NCBI RefSeq assembly: GCF_030144855.1
Contig: NW_026781620.1
Location: 1-64,000 of the forward strand
Length of the DNA stretch: 64,000 nt
Reading direction: 5' to 3'
From: Hypanus sabinus
Lineage: Eukaryota
The notes beneath the pieces were generated by a model. The model had not been told where the DNA came from. It saw only the letters and a list, made by a program, of their open reading frames with translations, and searched no databases. Below are positions 10,937-22,834 of this stretch, piece by piece; positions within the stretch are counted from its first letter, which is position 1, and each line of letters begins with the position of its first letter. The position numbers and the translations under genes are program-made.

Positions 10937-12451
10937 CTGTGCGGAGGGAAATAAAGACCATTAACACAGTCTTGGATGGAAAGATTCTCTAAAATCAACT
11001 ATTTTAATCGATTGCATTTCCGAGAACAGAGATGGACATTGAAGCAATGTTTCTACTAAGGAGATTATGGACAGCTTTTATGAAATGCGTAGTGAGGAAG
11101 TTCAGAACAATTAGTGGAATCTCATTGAAACATATCGAATATTGCAAAGTCGGATTTCGTGGACGTGGAGAGGATTGCTTCCGTAGATGTGGAGTCTTCA
11201 ACTGGAGGATGAATATTTCCAATAGAACGACATCACTTTACAACAGTGGTAGATGGAAATTTGTTCAGACTGAATCTGCTGAATACGTGGACTTTCTCGG
11301 CACAGACGGCTAATGGAGTCAGTTCGTTGCCAACATTTGCAGCAGAGAGTGATATGCCCCTGATTTGTCGGGGCGCCAATGGATATGGAGAATGGCCGCC
11401 AGAAGGTGATTGAGAGGGGCAATAAATCAGCTGTGATGGAATGGCGGAGAGACCTCGGTGCTCGAATGTCCGAATTCAACTCTGGAGCCCTGTGGGCTAC
11501 GCAGTAATATCAATGGATGACTGGGATGTATCCAGGAGAAGGATTAGTGATTAAGTGCCAAGTATCACGGCAATGGAAATTCAACTTCCTTCATCTGTAA
11601 ACACGAGGGAAAATTAGAGCAGAAGAATTAGTAGCCGAATGGGCGAATTCATCTCCGTCCGAGATTCACTCCCGAGAAAAGGCAGCCTGTGTCCCCGAGC
11701 TCTGGTCTCACCTGCCTGTTAAAAAGGACCTTCCTGTCCGTGTCTTATCTACTACCTTAGTATTTTACATGTTGCTAAAATGATCGTCTCTGATCCTTCT
11801 GAATTCCAGTGTGTGCAGTCCGAGGCGACTCAAACTTTCCGTATAGTCTCTCCACCTCATGTCTGGAATCAAAATAGGGAAACGACGACAACGCCCGTAA
11901 ATCGCTTCTCAAGTCAGGAGACTAAGTCTAGGGCGCAGTACTCCAGTTGCCGCCTCACCAGTACCTTGTGCCGCCTGTTCTTAAATTCCCGCATCTCGCA
12001 ATGATGGCCAATATACCATTTGCCTTCTTGTTAGCCTGCTGCTGCTGCTGCAAACCAGCATAAAGTACCGGAAGCATGTGTAAGTTTCAGAGAGGGTGCA
12101 GCTGTAATTTACCGGAATACTGGCCGGATTGGAGAGTGCCCACAGTACGGAGAGGTTGTGTGCGCTCGAACTTTCTTCTCTGAGAGTGAAGGTGCATGGG
12201 CGGTCACTTGGTGGCACTGTTTGACAGGAATAGAGACACAGATAACTTTTGCCTGACAGAAAAGTAACCGGGACGCTGACAGCCCCAAAGCTGGAGAGGG
12301 AACTTCCGTAATTCACTCAGTCAGTGTTGCTGAAGCGGTACCGGTTTGAGATTCCTGACATGCAATTACCGCGTCGGTAGAGGGCAGGTATGAAAGAGAA
12401 GCTGACTTATATTTTTCAACGTTATTCACGAGGAAGAGACGAGACTCTTAC

Positions 12452-12626
12452 CAGGGACAGCTACAATGGCGAGTACAGGATAATAAATCATTTTCACGGT
12501 ACTAAGCGCCTGATAGATTCGAAAATCCAACGGTATTCCTTTAGGATTTTTATGCAGATATGGATATGCCCGGTCAATATTCCTTAAAAATGCTGCAGCG
12601 TTACGTGATGTATTTTGCTGATCCAT
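12452..12626 (-). CDS. GPCR 1, coding exon 1 (N-terminus and TM1)
   Basis: ATG 12626 in GAAATGG context; MDQQNTS...IYYPVLAIVAVP plus G then GTAAG donor; phase 1 gives ...AVP-V-NLVT; same layout in GPCR 2. Confidence 0.9.
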
Positions 12627-13050
12627 TTCCGGAAGACTCCAGATCCCTGTTCCCGATCCAACCTCTGTCTTCTCTCTACCTGGAGCCCGCTTGTCTCTGA
12701 TAGCGTAGAGTAGCGTCTCTGACTCAGACTGGCGTCGAAAGGGGGTCATATCAAGAGAACAGTTAGGCAGCAGCCACACCTCCGCGGTGACGTCGACAAT
12801 CCCCAAGGACACTCGCGTAATTAGGTTCTACGGAATGACAGGTGCTGTTAACCCTTTATTTTCAGACAGTCAGAGAAGAGATTCAAAAGCAGATTGGTCG
12901 TGTACCTAATAATCCCAGCAATCTGCTCTCCACGGATTCGTGCTGTGTCTGTAAATTGACACAAAATTGAGAAACTAATTGACACACAGCTGGACATTCA
13001 TTTACAACCAATCTGGGAAGGAAACAGAGAAAATAGATGCATTCGTCCCA
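12627..13050 (-). promoter_or_regulatory. Conserved 5' UTR/promoter block of GPCR 1
   Basis: Colinear similarity with 38881-39260, including cctccgcggtgacgt, aatcccca, taattaggttctacgg and ccctttatt. Confidence 0.6.
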
Positions 13051-13094
13051 TCGATCCTGCACCGCCATTCAGTATGATCATGGCTGATCATGCA

Positions 13095-15180
13095 ACTCAG
13101 AACCCTTTACCTGCGTTCTCTCCATAGCCCCTGAGCCCTTTAGTCACAAGGGCCATATCGAACTTCCTCTTAAGTATGGCCAATGAACCGGCCTCAATTG
13201 TTTCCTGCGGCAGAGAATTCCACACATTCACCACTCTCTGTCTGAAGAGGTTTTTCCTCATCTCGGTCCTAAAAGGCTTCCTCTTTATCCATAAACTGTG
13301 ACCCGTCGTTCTGGATTGCCCCAACATCGGAAACAATCTTCCTTCATTTAGCCTGTCCAATCCCTTTAGAATTTTATACATTTCAATAAGGTCCCCCCTT
13401 AATTTCTAAATTCCAGAGAGTATAAGACTTGTCGACCCAGACTTTCTTCATATGAAGTCCTGCTATCCCAGAAATAAATCTGGTGAACCGTCCCTGTACT
13501 CCCTCTATGGAAAAATGTATTTCCTCAGATTATGGGACCAGAACTGCACACAATATTTTAGGTGCGGTCTCACCAAGGCCTTCTACAACAGCAGTAGAAC
13601 CTCCCTGCTCCTGTACTCAAATCCTTTTGCTATGAATGCCTAAATACCATTTACCTTTTTCACCGCCTGCTGTACCTGCATGCCCACCTTCAATGACTGG
13701 TGTACAATGACACCCAGGTCTCGTTACAACTCCTCTTCTCCAAATGGGCCACCGTTCAGATAATCTCTTTTCCTCTTCTTGCATTCAACGTGAAGAACCT
13801 CGCATTTATCCACATTAAATTTCATCTGCCCTGAATCTGCCCATTCACCTAACCTATCCAAATCACCCTGAATCCCGTTAGCATCCTCCTCACAGCTAAC
13901 ACCGCCGCCCAGCTTCGTGTCACGCGCAGGCTTAAGCTGCATTTAATTCCCTCGTCTAAATCATTAATATATATTGTAAACAACTGTGGCCTCAGCACTG
14001 AGCCTTGCGTCCCCCCACTAGTCACTCCCTGCCATTCTGAAAAGGCACTGAGCCTTCTTTCCGCCTCTTTCCATATGCGCTGTTGTCCCGTCTTTGATTA
14101 CCGACTCTAGCGCTTTCCCCACCACCGATGTCAGACTAACCAGTCTATAATTCCATGGTCTCTCTGTCCCTCCTTTTTTAAAATGCGGGTTTATATTCGC
14201 CACCCTCCAATCCTCATGACCTAATCCAGAATCTAAGGAGTTTTGAGAAAATATCACCAATGCATCCACTATTTCTTTGACTACTTCCTTAAGCACTCGG
14301 GGATGCAGACCATCTGGCCATGGGGATTTATCTTCCTTTAATCCCTTCAATTTACCTAACACCACTTCACTACTAGCATGTATTTCCCTCAGTTCCTCAA
14401 TCTCACTAGACCATCGATTCCTTACGTTTTCCGGAAGATTATTTATGTCCTCCTTAATGAAGACAGAACCAAAGCAGTTATTTAATTGGTATACCATGTC
14501 TTTGTTTGCTATGATCAATTCAGCTGTTTCTGACTGTAAAGGACCGACATTTGTCCTGACCAATCTTTTTCTTTTCAGGTATCTATAAAAGGTTTTACAG
14601 TCAGCTTTTATGTACCCTGCCAGCTTTCTCTCATAAGCCTTTTTTCCATTTCATAATTAAGACCTTTGTCCTCATCTGCTGGACTCTGAATTTATCCCAG
14701 TCCTCAGGTGTGCCGCTTTTATATGCTAACTTATTTGTTTCTTCTTTGGACTTGATACTATCCCATATTTCCCTTGTCAGCCACGGGTGCACTACCTTCC
14801 CTGATTTATTCTTTTGCCAAACAGGAATGAACAATTGTTGTACTTTATCCATGCGATCTTTAAATGCTTGCCATTGTATACACACTGTCAACCCTTTAAG
14901 TATAATTTGCCTGTCTATCTTAGCTAATTCACATCTCATACTTTCAGAGTTGTCCTTCTTTAAGTTCAGAACCTTTGTTTCTGAATTAACTATGTCACGC
15001 TCCATCTTCATGAAGAATTCCATCAAATTATGGTCACTCTTACCCAAGGGGCCTCGCACGACACGATTGCTAACCAACCCTTCCTCATTGCCTAATATCC
15101 AATCTAGAATGCCGTGCTCTCTAGTTGGTTCATCGACTATTGGTTCAGAAAACCATCCCGCAGAGATTGACAATGATATT
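13095..15180 (-). mobile_element. Decayed CR1 ORF2 with internal deletion and 3' end at about 13095
   Basis: Minus ORFs 13097-13381, 13724-13942, 14018-14563 and 14631-15275 with DKSPWPDGLHPRVLKE, NYRLVSLTSVVGK, KCEVLH, GKSDHN. Confidence 0.92.
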
Positions 15181-15269
15181 GAGTTCGATATTTGCAAAGT
15201 AATGATTTTCAGTAAGAGAGCGTAGAACCAGCGGCCAATCTGGACATCGGCTGATCTTGGAGGAGAGGA

Positions 15270-16350
15270 CTTCACTCAGCACGGGTATAAAAAAGCGACA
15301 GAGGATCCTTACAGTGAAAAATAGCTTTAATAAGGGTTCAGGCGGCGTTTCCGTTTGATCAGCAGGAGGAAGGCAGGGTGAACTGCAGAAGCCATCGTCT
15401 GAATGGACAGTCAAGCAGGTGACGTTCAGGCTTGTGCTCGCCGAGGCGTCAGCTCAGGGAGGCTTCAGTCAAAGGAGGCAAAGAAAAGAAAAGCACTTGT
15501 CCAAGAACGTTATTTCTTTCCCTTCTCTATATATCCGATCAGATAAGTTAAGAAAGGAGGCAGGCAGGTTAGTTGAATGGTCGCATTGCGCGATCAGGGA
15601 AGAGGCAGAGAAGATGAGAGTTGCGTTCATCTCCTGCTTCTGACATCTGCGTCAAGGAGGTAAAGGCTGAGCTGGACGAGCTCCAGAACATTTGGGTGGC
15701 TGAAGTAATGATAGACAAGACATATAGAGAGGGCGCTACACCCAGGGCGCAATGCAGAGGAGACAGTGTGATAGCCAGTAAGGAGAAATAGATGAAGGAG
15801 CCAGGGAAGAGTTCCCATGTGACGATCTCCTTCAACGTTTTCGGTACCGTCGCGGGGTTTGGTGGGGGGAGGCGCGGAAGAATCGCCTAACAGTGTTCAC
15901 TCAGTGTTAGGGTCTCGGGCACTTTGTTTGCATCTGAGACTTCAGAAGGGAAGTGGGAGGGTAGCGGTGTCCGTGCATGTGGGGTGGACGGGGCCGCAGG
16001 GTGCGTGTCACGCTGTCGTGATAGGATATTCGTTATTGGTGCGACCAGGTGCTTCTGTCGGTGACAATGTCGGGGTTATCTCCGAACGAGTCCTCAGCAT
16101 TCTCAACTGGGAGTGTGAACAGCTCGAAATCGTGATCCATTGAGTTACCAATGACATGGGTGCGATGAGTGATGAAGTACTGCTCTGCCAGTTCAGCGAG
16201 TTAAGAGAGAAGTGAAAATGCAGGACCCTCCAGGTTGTGCTGCCCGTGCTACGTACTTGTGAGGCAGGAAGCTGGACGAGTATACAGATTAATAGGTGGC
16301 TAAAGAGTTGTTTTTATATCCCAGTCGTCTGGAAATGGATGCTAACTCTG
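15270..16350 (+). mobile_element. CR1 5' UTR and ORF1 (esterase-type) remnant
   Basis: gagctggacgagctcc...gatagacaagacatatagagagg and AVVIGYS (degenerate GDS esterase motif) match ORF1 of the intact copy at 51733-52643. Confidence 0.7.
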
Positions 16351-16639
16351 CATTTGGTTTCCTCAACTTTCTGCAAATTTTCCTGTGGGGAATCTTCCCA
16401 AAATGCTCTGCACTTCCGTTTCTATCAACATTCTCCCTTTTTCTATAGTAGTCCGGATACCACAGAGAGTATCCGATCACCACAGCGTGACCAACACGCT
16501 GCCGGCCCGCCACCCTGCACACATTCGTATACCAGTCAACTAAAAATGGATAGGAGCATGCATTTTAGCTCCTCACCATTAACTGAACCTGGAGAATTTC
16601 CTGTGGCTCTGCAACTCAAATTTTCAATTCAAATGTTCT

Positions 16640-17000
16640 TCCCATTTAGGAAATAGTCCACGATTTTATTCCCTCTTTCAAAGAGTAACACTGGGCACTT
16701 CTCTATATTAAAATCCTTCTTAATTCTTTGTCTCTTCTCCAGTCTGTCTAATTACTTCTGGAAGCACCCGACATCCTCAGCTCTACCTTCCGTTCCATGT
16801 ACCTTCGCCTGGGTCTCAAACCCTGTCACAAAGCAATCAAATCATTCACCCGAACCATTGATGTGTAACGTGATCAGAAACGGTTTCAACACTGATTCCT
16901 GCGGAACTTCACTACTCACCTCCGTCCAATCAGAAAAAGGACCTTCGCAGTAATGATTATGGACATCTGCAGAGGCCACAATTTTACACACCACCAGGGC
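16640..17000 (-). mobile_element. Highly decayed CR1 RT fragment
   Basis: Reverse complement retains SGVPQ-, KFADD- and KC.V.HF-like coding remnants. Confidence 0.5.
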
Positions 17001-17444
17001 ATTCTGAAAGTTCTAAACAAATGAGAAGAACCCGCTGGTCTATGTCCGGACATAAGGTTTCACCAACTGCTGAGAAGCACAAAAGACACAATAACATTAT
17101 AAATACAAGTGTCAGATTCCTACAAATTATATGCTAATTGATCAGTCACTACAGAAGGGACAATCCATAATAAGGCTCCGGATATAGTAACAGAGGATAG
17201 ACAAAGAGCATCAACTTATTCAGTAGATAAAGCCATTGCGAACTCAGATAACGTACAGAAATCAATGATTGACAGACAGCACAATATGCTGAATTAAGAG
17301 AGGAAAGTGAAAGAGCATGAAACAGGAACAGGGTATAAATTGTATACGTTGTCCCAACGTAATACTTTCTCTGGGTCATTGGCAACCGGTTTCATTGGTG
17401 TCGAAACACAGTGAAACAGTGTGAAGAAGTTTTTCTCTCTCCGT

Positions 17445-19968
17445 CTCTATTTCTCAGGCCACCAGGCTGGTAGAGCTAATAGGACCTGATGTTTCAATCC
17501 CAATGATAAATTGGCAATCTGAATGTGGGCGATGGGTTTGGAATGCTTTCAAGGAGGGTAGGTACCTCATCGTGGTCATCAGGTGGGCACGCTCCTCCTT
17601 CCACGTTTCTTTGATAAGCCCACGACGTCTCCAGAGATTGGAAATGTGCTACATGACGTCCCAGGTACACACCCCTCGGTTCCATACCCAACTGTCTTCA
17701 TCTTGCAGCTCAGTTGTTGTCTTTACTTTTCATCCAAATCCAGTTACTGCATTCTCCAGCTGCTTTTGACAGGGTCTTGATTGCTTGTTGTAAATAACCC
17801 CTCACCCCCATCTTCCTCAATAGACTGTTCGTAGATGTAGCCACGAATCCCCTGCATCCCACTTCTACAGGGGAAATCTTGGTCTTACAGTCGTTCTGGG
17901 CAGCGTCAGTTGCCAGTTCAGAATACTTGTTCTTTTCTCTCTCATAAGCTTCTTCACCACCATCTTCTCATGTCCCCGAGTATTCCACAACATATGCCAT
18001 CCTGGCTGCTGTGGACCACAGGACCATGTCTGGCCGGAGTCTTCTAGCCACAATCTCTGGGGGAACACAAGCTTTTTTGTTCCAAGTTCACGTCCATTTT
18101 CCAATACCAGGAAACCTACAGAATCCTTATCTATTTTGATGTTACATGGTGCAATGAAGGTTGGCCTGCCGGTACACATCGTGTCTTGTGGACATTTCAT
18201 GCGGATGGTTGTGCGGGAGACTTTGCGGTGATTCGTCTCTGTTACAGGATTTATGGCAGCTGTCTGATAACTTGGTTATGCAGTCAAGTTTACCGCCCCT
18301 GGGTGAGGCTCGTGGTGTATGCTGTTAAAATAAGCGTTAGTTATCTAGGTGCTTGTCAAAGAGAACAAGTGGGGTCTACCACCCCCCACCTGGTTCAGGC
18401 TCTGGGGTGTGAGTAGGAGGTTATAATTTGCTCTGATAACAAAACTTAACCTAAATTCCTCCATCGCCCAGATGCTACGCAAACTGAATTTCCTGTTTTC
18501 CAGGATCTCGCAATTACTGCATCGGTCCTGCTTGGCTACTTAGAGCGCCCTGGCGTGTCGCTCTGAATCCCCCTGCCTTCTGATTCCTCCACCACGTGTC
18601 GTCGCTTCTGCACTGATGTTGCCCTGTTCCATTAAGGATACTCTGGGACGAGCCCAAACCCGGCTCTCCAAAGCCGGACTTGGTCACCCACGTCCCTGAA
18701 GCAAAGAGCAGACTTAGCACTCTGAACGGCTGCAGATGGGGTCCACATCCTCCCAATAGCCACACGGCGAGTAGGCGATCGAATAACAATATCTTCAGAT
18801 TCAGTGAGGTTCAGGACCATCCTTGCTTTGGTGCATTTAAATCCTTCCATAAGACTTACAACTGGTAATTCGAATTTGCCGTTCCCGTACAGTCCAACGG
18901 GAATTTAGGATCGTGGAAGTCCAAGCCACTGTTTCACATGTGTGCTGATCACTCTTTCGAGCTTTTCCACCATGTTATGGGAATTTCATACACTGCTAAA
19001 TCCGCATGAGTCTTGGCAGTCCGCCGAACTGTACGCACTACAGTTTGAGTTTTCCAGGCAGCCGGATCGTGTGGACGCGACTTAAGTAGATGATTGTAGA
19101 CTTTTGAGTTGTATAAACTGTTCTGTGTCCTTGGGCCGAACACCAGACCATCGACCCAAGCACTTCACTGGCATTTCTAAACAGTTGGCACAGGTGTTCC
19201 GTCAATATGAAATTTTTGATCTGTTACTTGACCTTTGACAATGGAGATCCTTCTCACTTGCTGGGCTTGATCTTCATCCTCGCCCGTGTGATGTTTTGAG
19301 GAAGCTTTTCCAGGGGACAGTTTCGTCAGTATTGCTATATCGTCATGATAGGTTCATATCGGAGTAAACCCTTGATCAAACTGTAGTCGTTTTCCTCCTG
19401 TATCCCATTTTGATGCTCTGATAATGAGTTCGATTGCTTCAGTGAAGGTCAGTGGAGAGATGGTGCACCCCGCCATGCTGCCTTCTTCTACTGGTTGCCA
19501 AGCTCTGGTGAATTCTGGTGTTGTGAGACAAACTTGCAATTTCCAGAAGCAGTGTTACTATTTGTTACTATTGCAGGCATCTGAAAGAATTCAAAAGCTG
19601 ACCACAGTAGGGAACGAGGAACTGCACCATAGGCGTTCGCCCGGTCGAGGAACAAGACATGCTGATTCTTTCCTTCTTTCGTAGCCATCTGGATATGATG
19701 CCATATGACGCAGTTATGTTCAAGGTGTCCTGAGAAGCCTGCAATGCCAGTCTATTGGATTGACGTATCAATGAAATTTGTTTGTTTCAGATTCTTTGTA
19801 AGTACTTGCGCCAAAATGCTGAAAAATATCTCGCCTTCTGTGTTCAGAATGTTTATTTAGCGCAACTGTTGTCTGATGAAAGAATACTTTTCTTTTCGAT
19901 TCAGAATTCCACCCGCTCTTCTCCAGCCTTTGTGGATCGCTTGCTCATACCGTTAGATAGAATATAAC
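17445..19968 (-). mobile_element. 5'-truncated decayed HERO-clade (R2-superfamily, RLE) non-LTR retrotransposon
   Basis: Remnants WRRAGGIL, LDRANAYGAVP, GSMAGCTISPLTFT, YHDD (for YMDD), EGFKCTKARMVLNLTES...GRMWTPSAAVQSAKSAL, SLTQGR..HNQV, LRPDMVLWS, EEAYERK, PVEVGCRGFVATST...NWIWMK; many stops and frameshifts. Confidence 0.85.
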
Positions 19969-20460
19969 CACGTGGTGAAATAGATTGAAATCAGTCCGCA
20001 AGACCTTTCGTTTAAAGTGGAGAAAGCAAGGTTGCCAATGGCAAAGGTTTTCACATGTTCCGGGGAGAAGGCAAGACAATGGGTTTACGAAGGACAATAA
20101 ATCAGTCATGATATCAAGAGAAACTTCCAGAAGGCGCCAATTCAATCCAAAGGCGTCTTGCTAAGGAGAGTGCTCAGTCGAGAGTGATCTTCTTACTCTG
20201 ACCGTTTCAACGATTGTGGGTGCTGTCTTTCGTCGATTCTCTCGTGGTTATTTTTCTATTCGGGATTTATTGAGTTTCCTAGCAAGAGAATGTATCTCGT
20301 GGTATATAGAAACGTATATATACCGATACAGCCAAACGGTTTCTTTGGCTGCCTAAGTCCAGGCAAAGTACTCTCCGGTCCCCCCAAAACAACTGAGATT
20401 GAGATGGCTCGATTCCAAAACTAAATCCCGGCTGGTTTTGCTGCTGTGTAATTTGCAACC
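19969..20460 (+). repeat. Non-coding module 1, copy a
   Basis: gaaatagattgaaatcag...cttactct...tatagaaacgt...actgagattg...aaatcccgg...ttgcaacc shared with 24349-24835, 42890-43302 and 59108-59538. Confidence 0.8.
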
Positions 20461-20628
20461 ATATTAAATAAATAGTGCCATGAAATAACAGCCAGCATAT
20501 GATTAAAGAGATTATGTTTATGAATCTTAACGTTAAGATGGAATCCTAGGTGTTTGTGATGGAATGTGTGACTTGTAGAACGCTGTCTAAACCCTGACAG
20601 AGAGAAAGAGGGAGCGCCGGCCGCCTGT

Positions 20629-20938
20629 NNNNNNNNNNNNNNNNNNNNNNNNNNNNNNNNNNNNNNNNNNNNNNNNNNNNNNNNNNNNNNNNNNNNNNNN
20701 NNNNNNNNNNNNNNNNNNNNNNNNNNNNNNNNNNNNNNNNNNNNNNNNNNNNNNNNNNNNNNNNNNNNNNNNNNNNNNNNNNNNNNNNNNNNNNNNNNNN
20801 NNNNNNNNNNNNNNNNNNNNNNNNNNNNNNNNNNNNNNNNNNNNNNNNNNNNNNNNNNNNNNNNNNNNNNNNNNNNNNNNNNNNNNNNNNNNNNNNNNNN
20901 NNNNNNNNNNNNNNNNNNNNNNNNNNNNNNNNNNNNNN
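20629..20938. other. Assembly gap
   Basis: Run of N. Confidence 1.
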
Positions 20939-20939
20939 G

Positions 20940-22080
20940 ACAGGTAAAGTTATGTGATGTAAAATCGATGTTAAGGTTTCTCTGCAACATATTTTAAATA
21001 TGCAAGTACACAGAGACAGACACAGTTAGAGGCAAGATGGATTCGCTCAATGAAAGCCTGTCCCTGGATTAAACTTTCAGTAGCCCAAACGGGGTGTGTT
21101 GATATCGATCCTGAGTATTGATAAATGATTCCCACAAGTGTCCTGCAACTTGAGCAAGTTTACAAGAAAAGAAGAGAGGAGAGATGGATTTGAAACAGAA
21201 GAAACCTAGTGACAAGGAGATCACAGTTTGGACACTCTCTGTAAGTAGCCCGTGAGGGTGAGTTTGTTACCATTCGGCTACGAAAGGCTGATTGTCCCTT
21301 TGTTAATCCACAGGAGTGGGAGCGAAGCCCCAGTTTTTTCGGGATCAATAAAGTATGTCTGTATGCCTGTCTGTCTGCCTTGGTGAGGGGAATTCTTCTG
21401 TGAGTACCACGTGTGTGTTCACCCTTCGTCTGCGTGTGGTACTTCACTGACGTATTGTAGCCCTGTGGCAAATCACTGTTATTTAGTATGTCGTGGAACT
21501 GGATAAGTGGTTATCAAGTTGTGTGTTTGGTGTAACATTGCTGAATCAACTGGTGTGTTGACTCTTGCCTGGGTGGTCGCCTTGCAGAGGGTCCGCTTTG
21601 TGATAAGCTGCTTTTGGTGATAATTCAAACGTGGATTCTGTTTGGGTATCCTGTGGACACCACTTTGGGATGACCCGGAGCTGAATTCGGGTCTTGTACA
21701 ACCTGAAAGGATTTTCGCTGAAGATAACTGTCGGTGACACTTCGTGGGTGTGGACTGGAACAACGACGGAGATAAAAGCTACTGCGATTGTTATTTTGTA
21801 TTGCTGTAGTGGAATCTGTGTAATGTCGACGTATTGCTTTCTCACAACATTCGCCTTTGGAGTACGAACATCTCGCACTAATTAGCCTGTGAACTTTTCT
21901 TACATGCCATCGTAAGACTATATAACTTACCACTGAAGCTTCAATAAGTTCGGTAGCTTTATTTACATCTATATATGAATAACACCGTCGCCTCTTCACT
22001 TACCAGGTTTAAGTGACTATATTACGTACTTAGTATGAAAATAGTGTTTTGCTGACAGCAAAACCAGACTCCAGGTGTGT
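20940..22080 (+). mobile_element. Solo-LTR-like repeat, copy 2 (longer internal variant)
   Basis: Aligns with 8700-9610 and 33300-34195 and has extra internal sequence; 5' end lost in the gap. Confidence 0.55.
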
Positions 22081-22210
22081 TCTGTCGCTGTTGAGATTTA
22101 AACAGCGTTGCGATGCGAAAACCTAGCGATAGTTTATCAACTTAGCGACGGTGTTAGGAACGAAGAACAAAAGATGAAACCCCATTCTAATTAAACAGTC
22201 AATGTACAGC

Positions 22211-22700
22211 AGAACTTCCTTGTCACTCGCGTCCCGGCCCTCGGTCAACGCGACAGAAGACACCATCTTCCGGATGTCGCTCGCAATCCATCTCGACCAA
22301 ACGGGTCTCTCGCCGGATTGTATCCTGCGATCGGTATATTTCCTATTCTGCCGCCAAACCGAAAAAATAAATAAATCAAGACCAAGCTACTGCCCCTCAC
22401 CAAGAAAACCTCCCTCTGATACTTCCTTGCTAGTCGATGGCACACATTCCTTATCTTTAACAGTAATCCAAGCTGGATGCCAGCAGAATGGAATGATCTT
22501 ACCCAACTGATAAATTAAATACGGACTACAAATATGAACCAGGTTATTACAGTTTGACTTTTAAACTTAGAGGGGAATCACACAGAAAATTGCTGCGGCA
22601 ACTCAGCAGGTCAAGCAGCATTTCAGGAGATGAATAAGCACTCGACGTTACGGGCCGAGACCATTTATTGCGACTTGACAGCAGATTTGTACGTTTCCTC
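22211..22700 (+). repeat. Non-coding module 2, copy a, ending in a Penelope-type terminal remnant
   Basis: cttccttgtcactcgc...caatccatctcga.caaac...ccggattgtatcctgcgatcgg shared with 26429-26534, 43503-43960 and 59743-60190. Confidence 0.75.
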
Positions 22701-22834
22701 TCTATATAATTTCAGTGAGTTCATTGCTCATCATCGGCATTTGCAATTAATCAGTAAATCCGCTATATACAGGAACACAATAAAGTCATTTGGCCCAACG
22801 AGTCTGCTCAGTCTTGGCTGATCTTCTATTTCCC

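Noticed and set aside
9900-10964. Extra ORFs overlapping GPCR exon 2 (likewise 35900-36232)
   Set aside because: Antisense or alternative-frame shadows of the receptor CDS
13095-16350. Head-to-head CR1 halves as a twin-priming inversion
   Set aside because: The pieces are not contiguous in element coordinates (much of the endonuclease is missing) and no target-site duplication was seen; independent insertions explain it
20421-20990. Long ORFs here and at 26331-26904
   Set aside because: Artefacts of translating through N gaps
22202-22510. Module 2 as a coding exon (open on both strands, no indels versus 26429-26534)
   Set aside because: Single-base differences fall about equally on all three codon positions (5 third, 4 second, 4 first), and no consistent splice sites or start codon are shared by the copies
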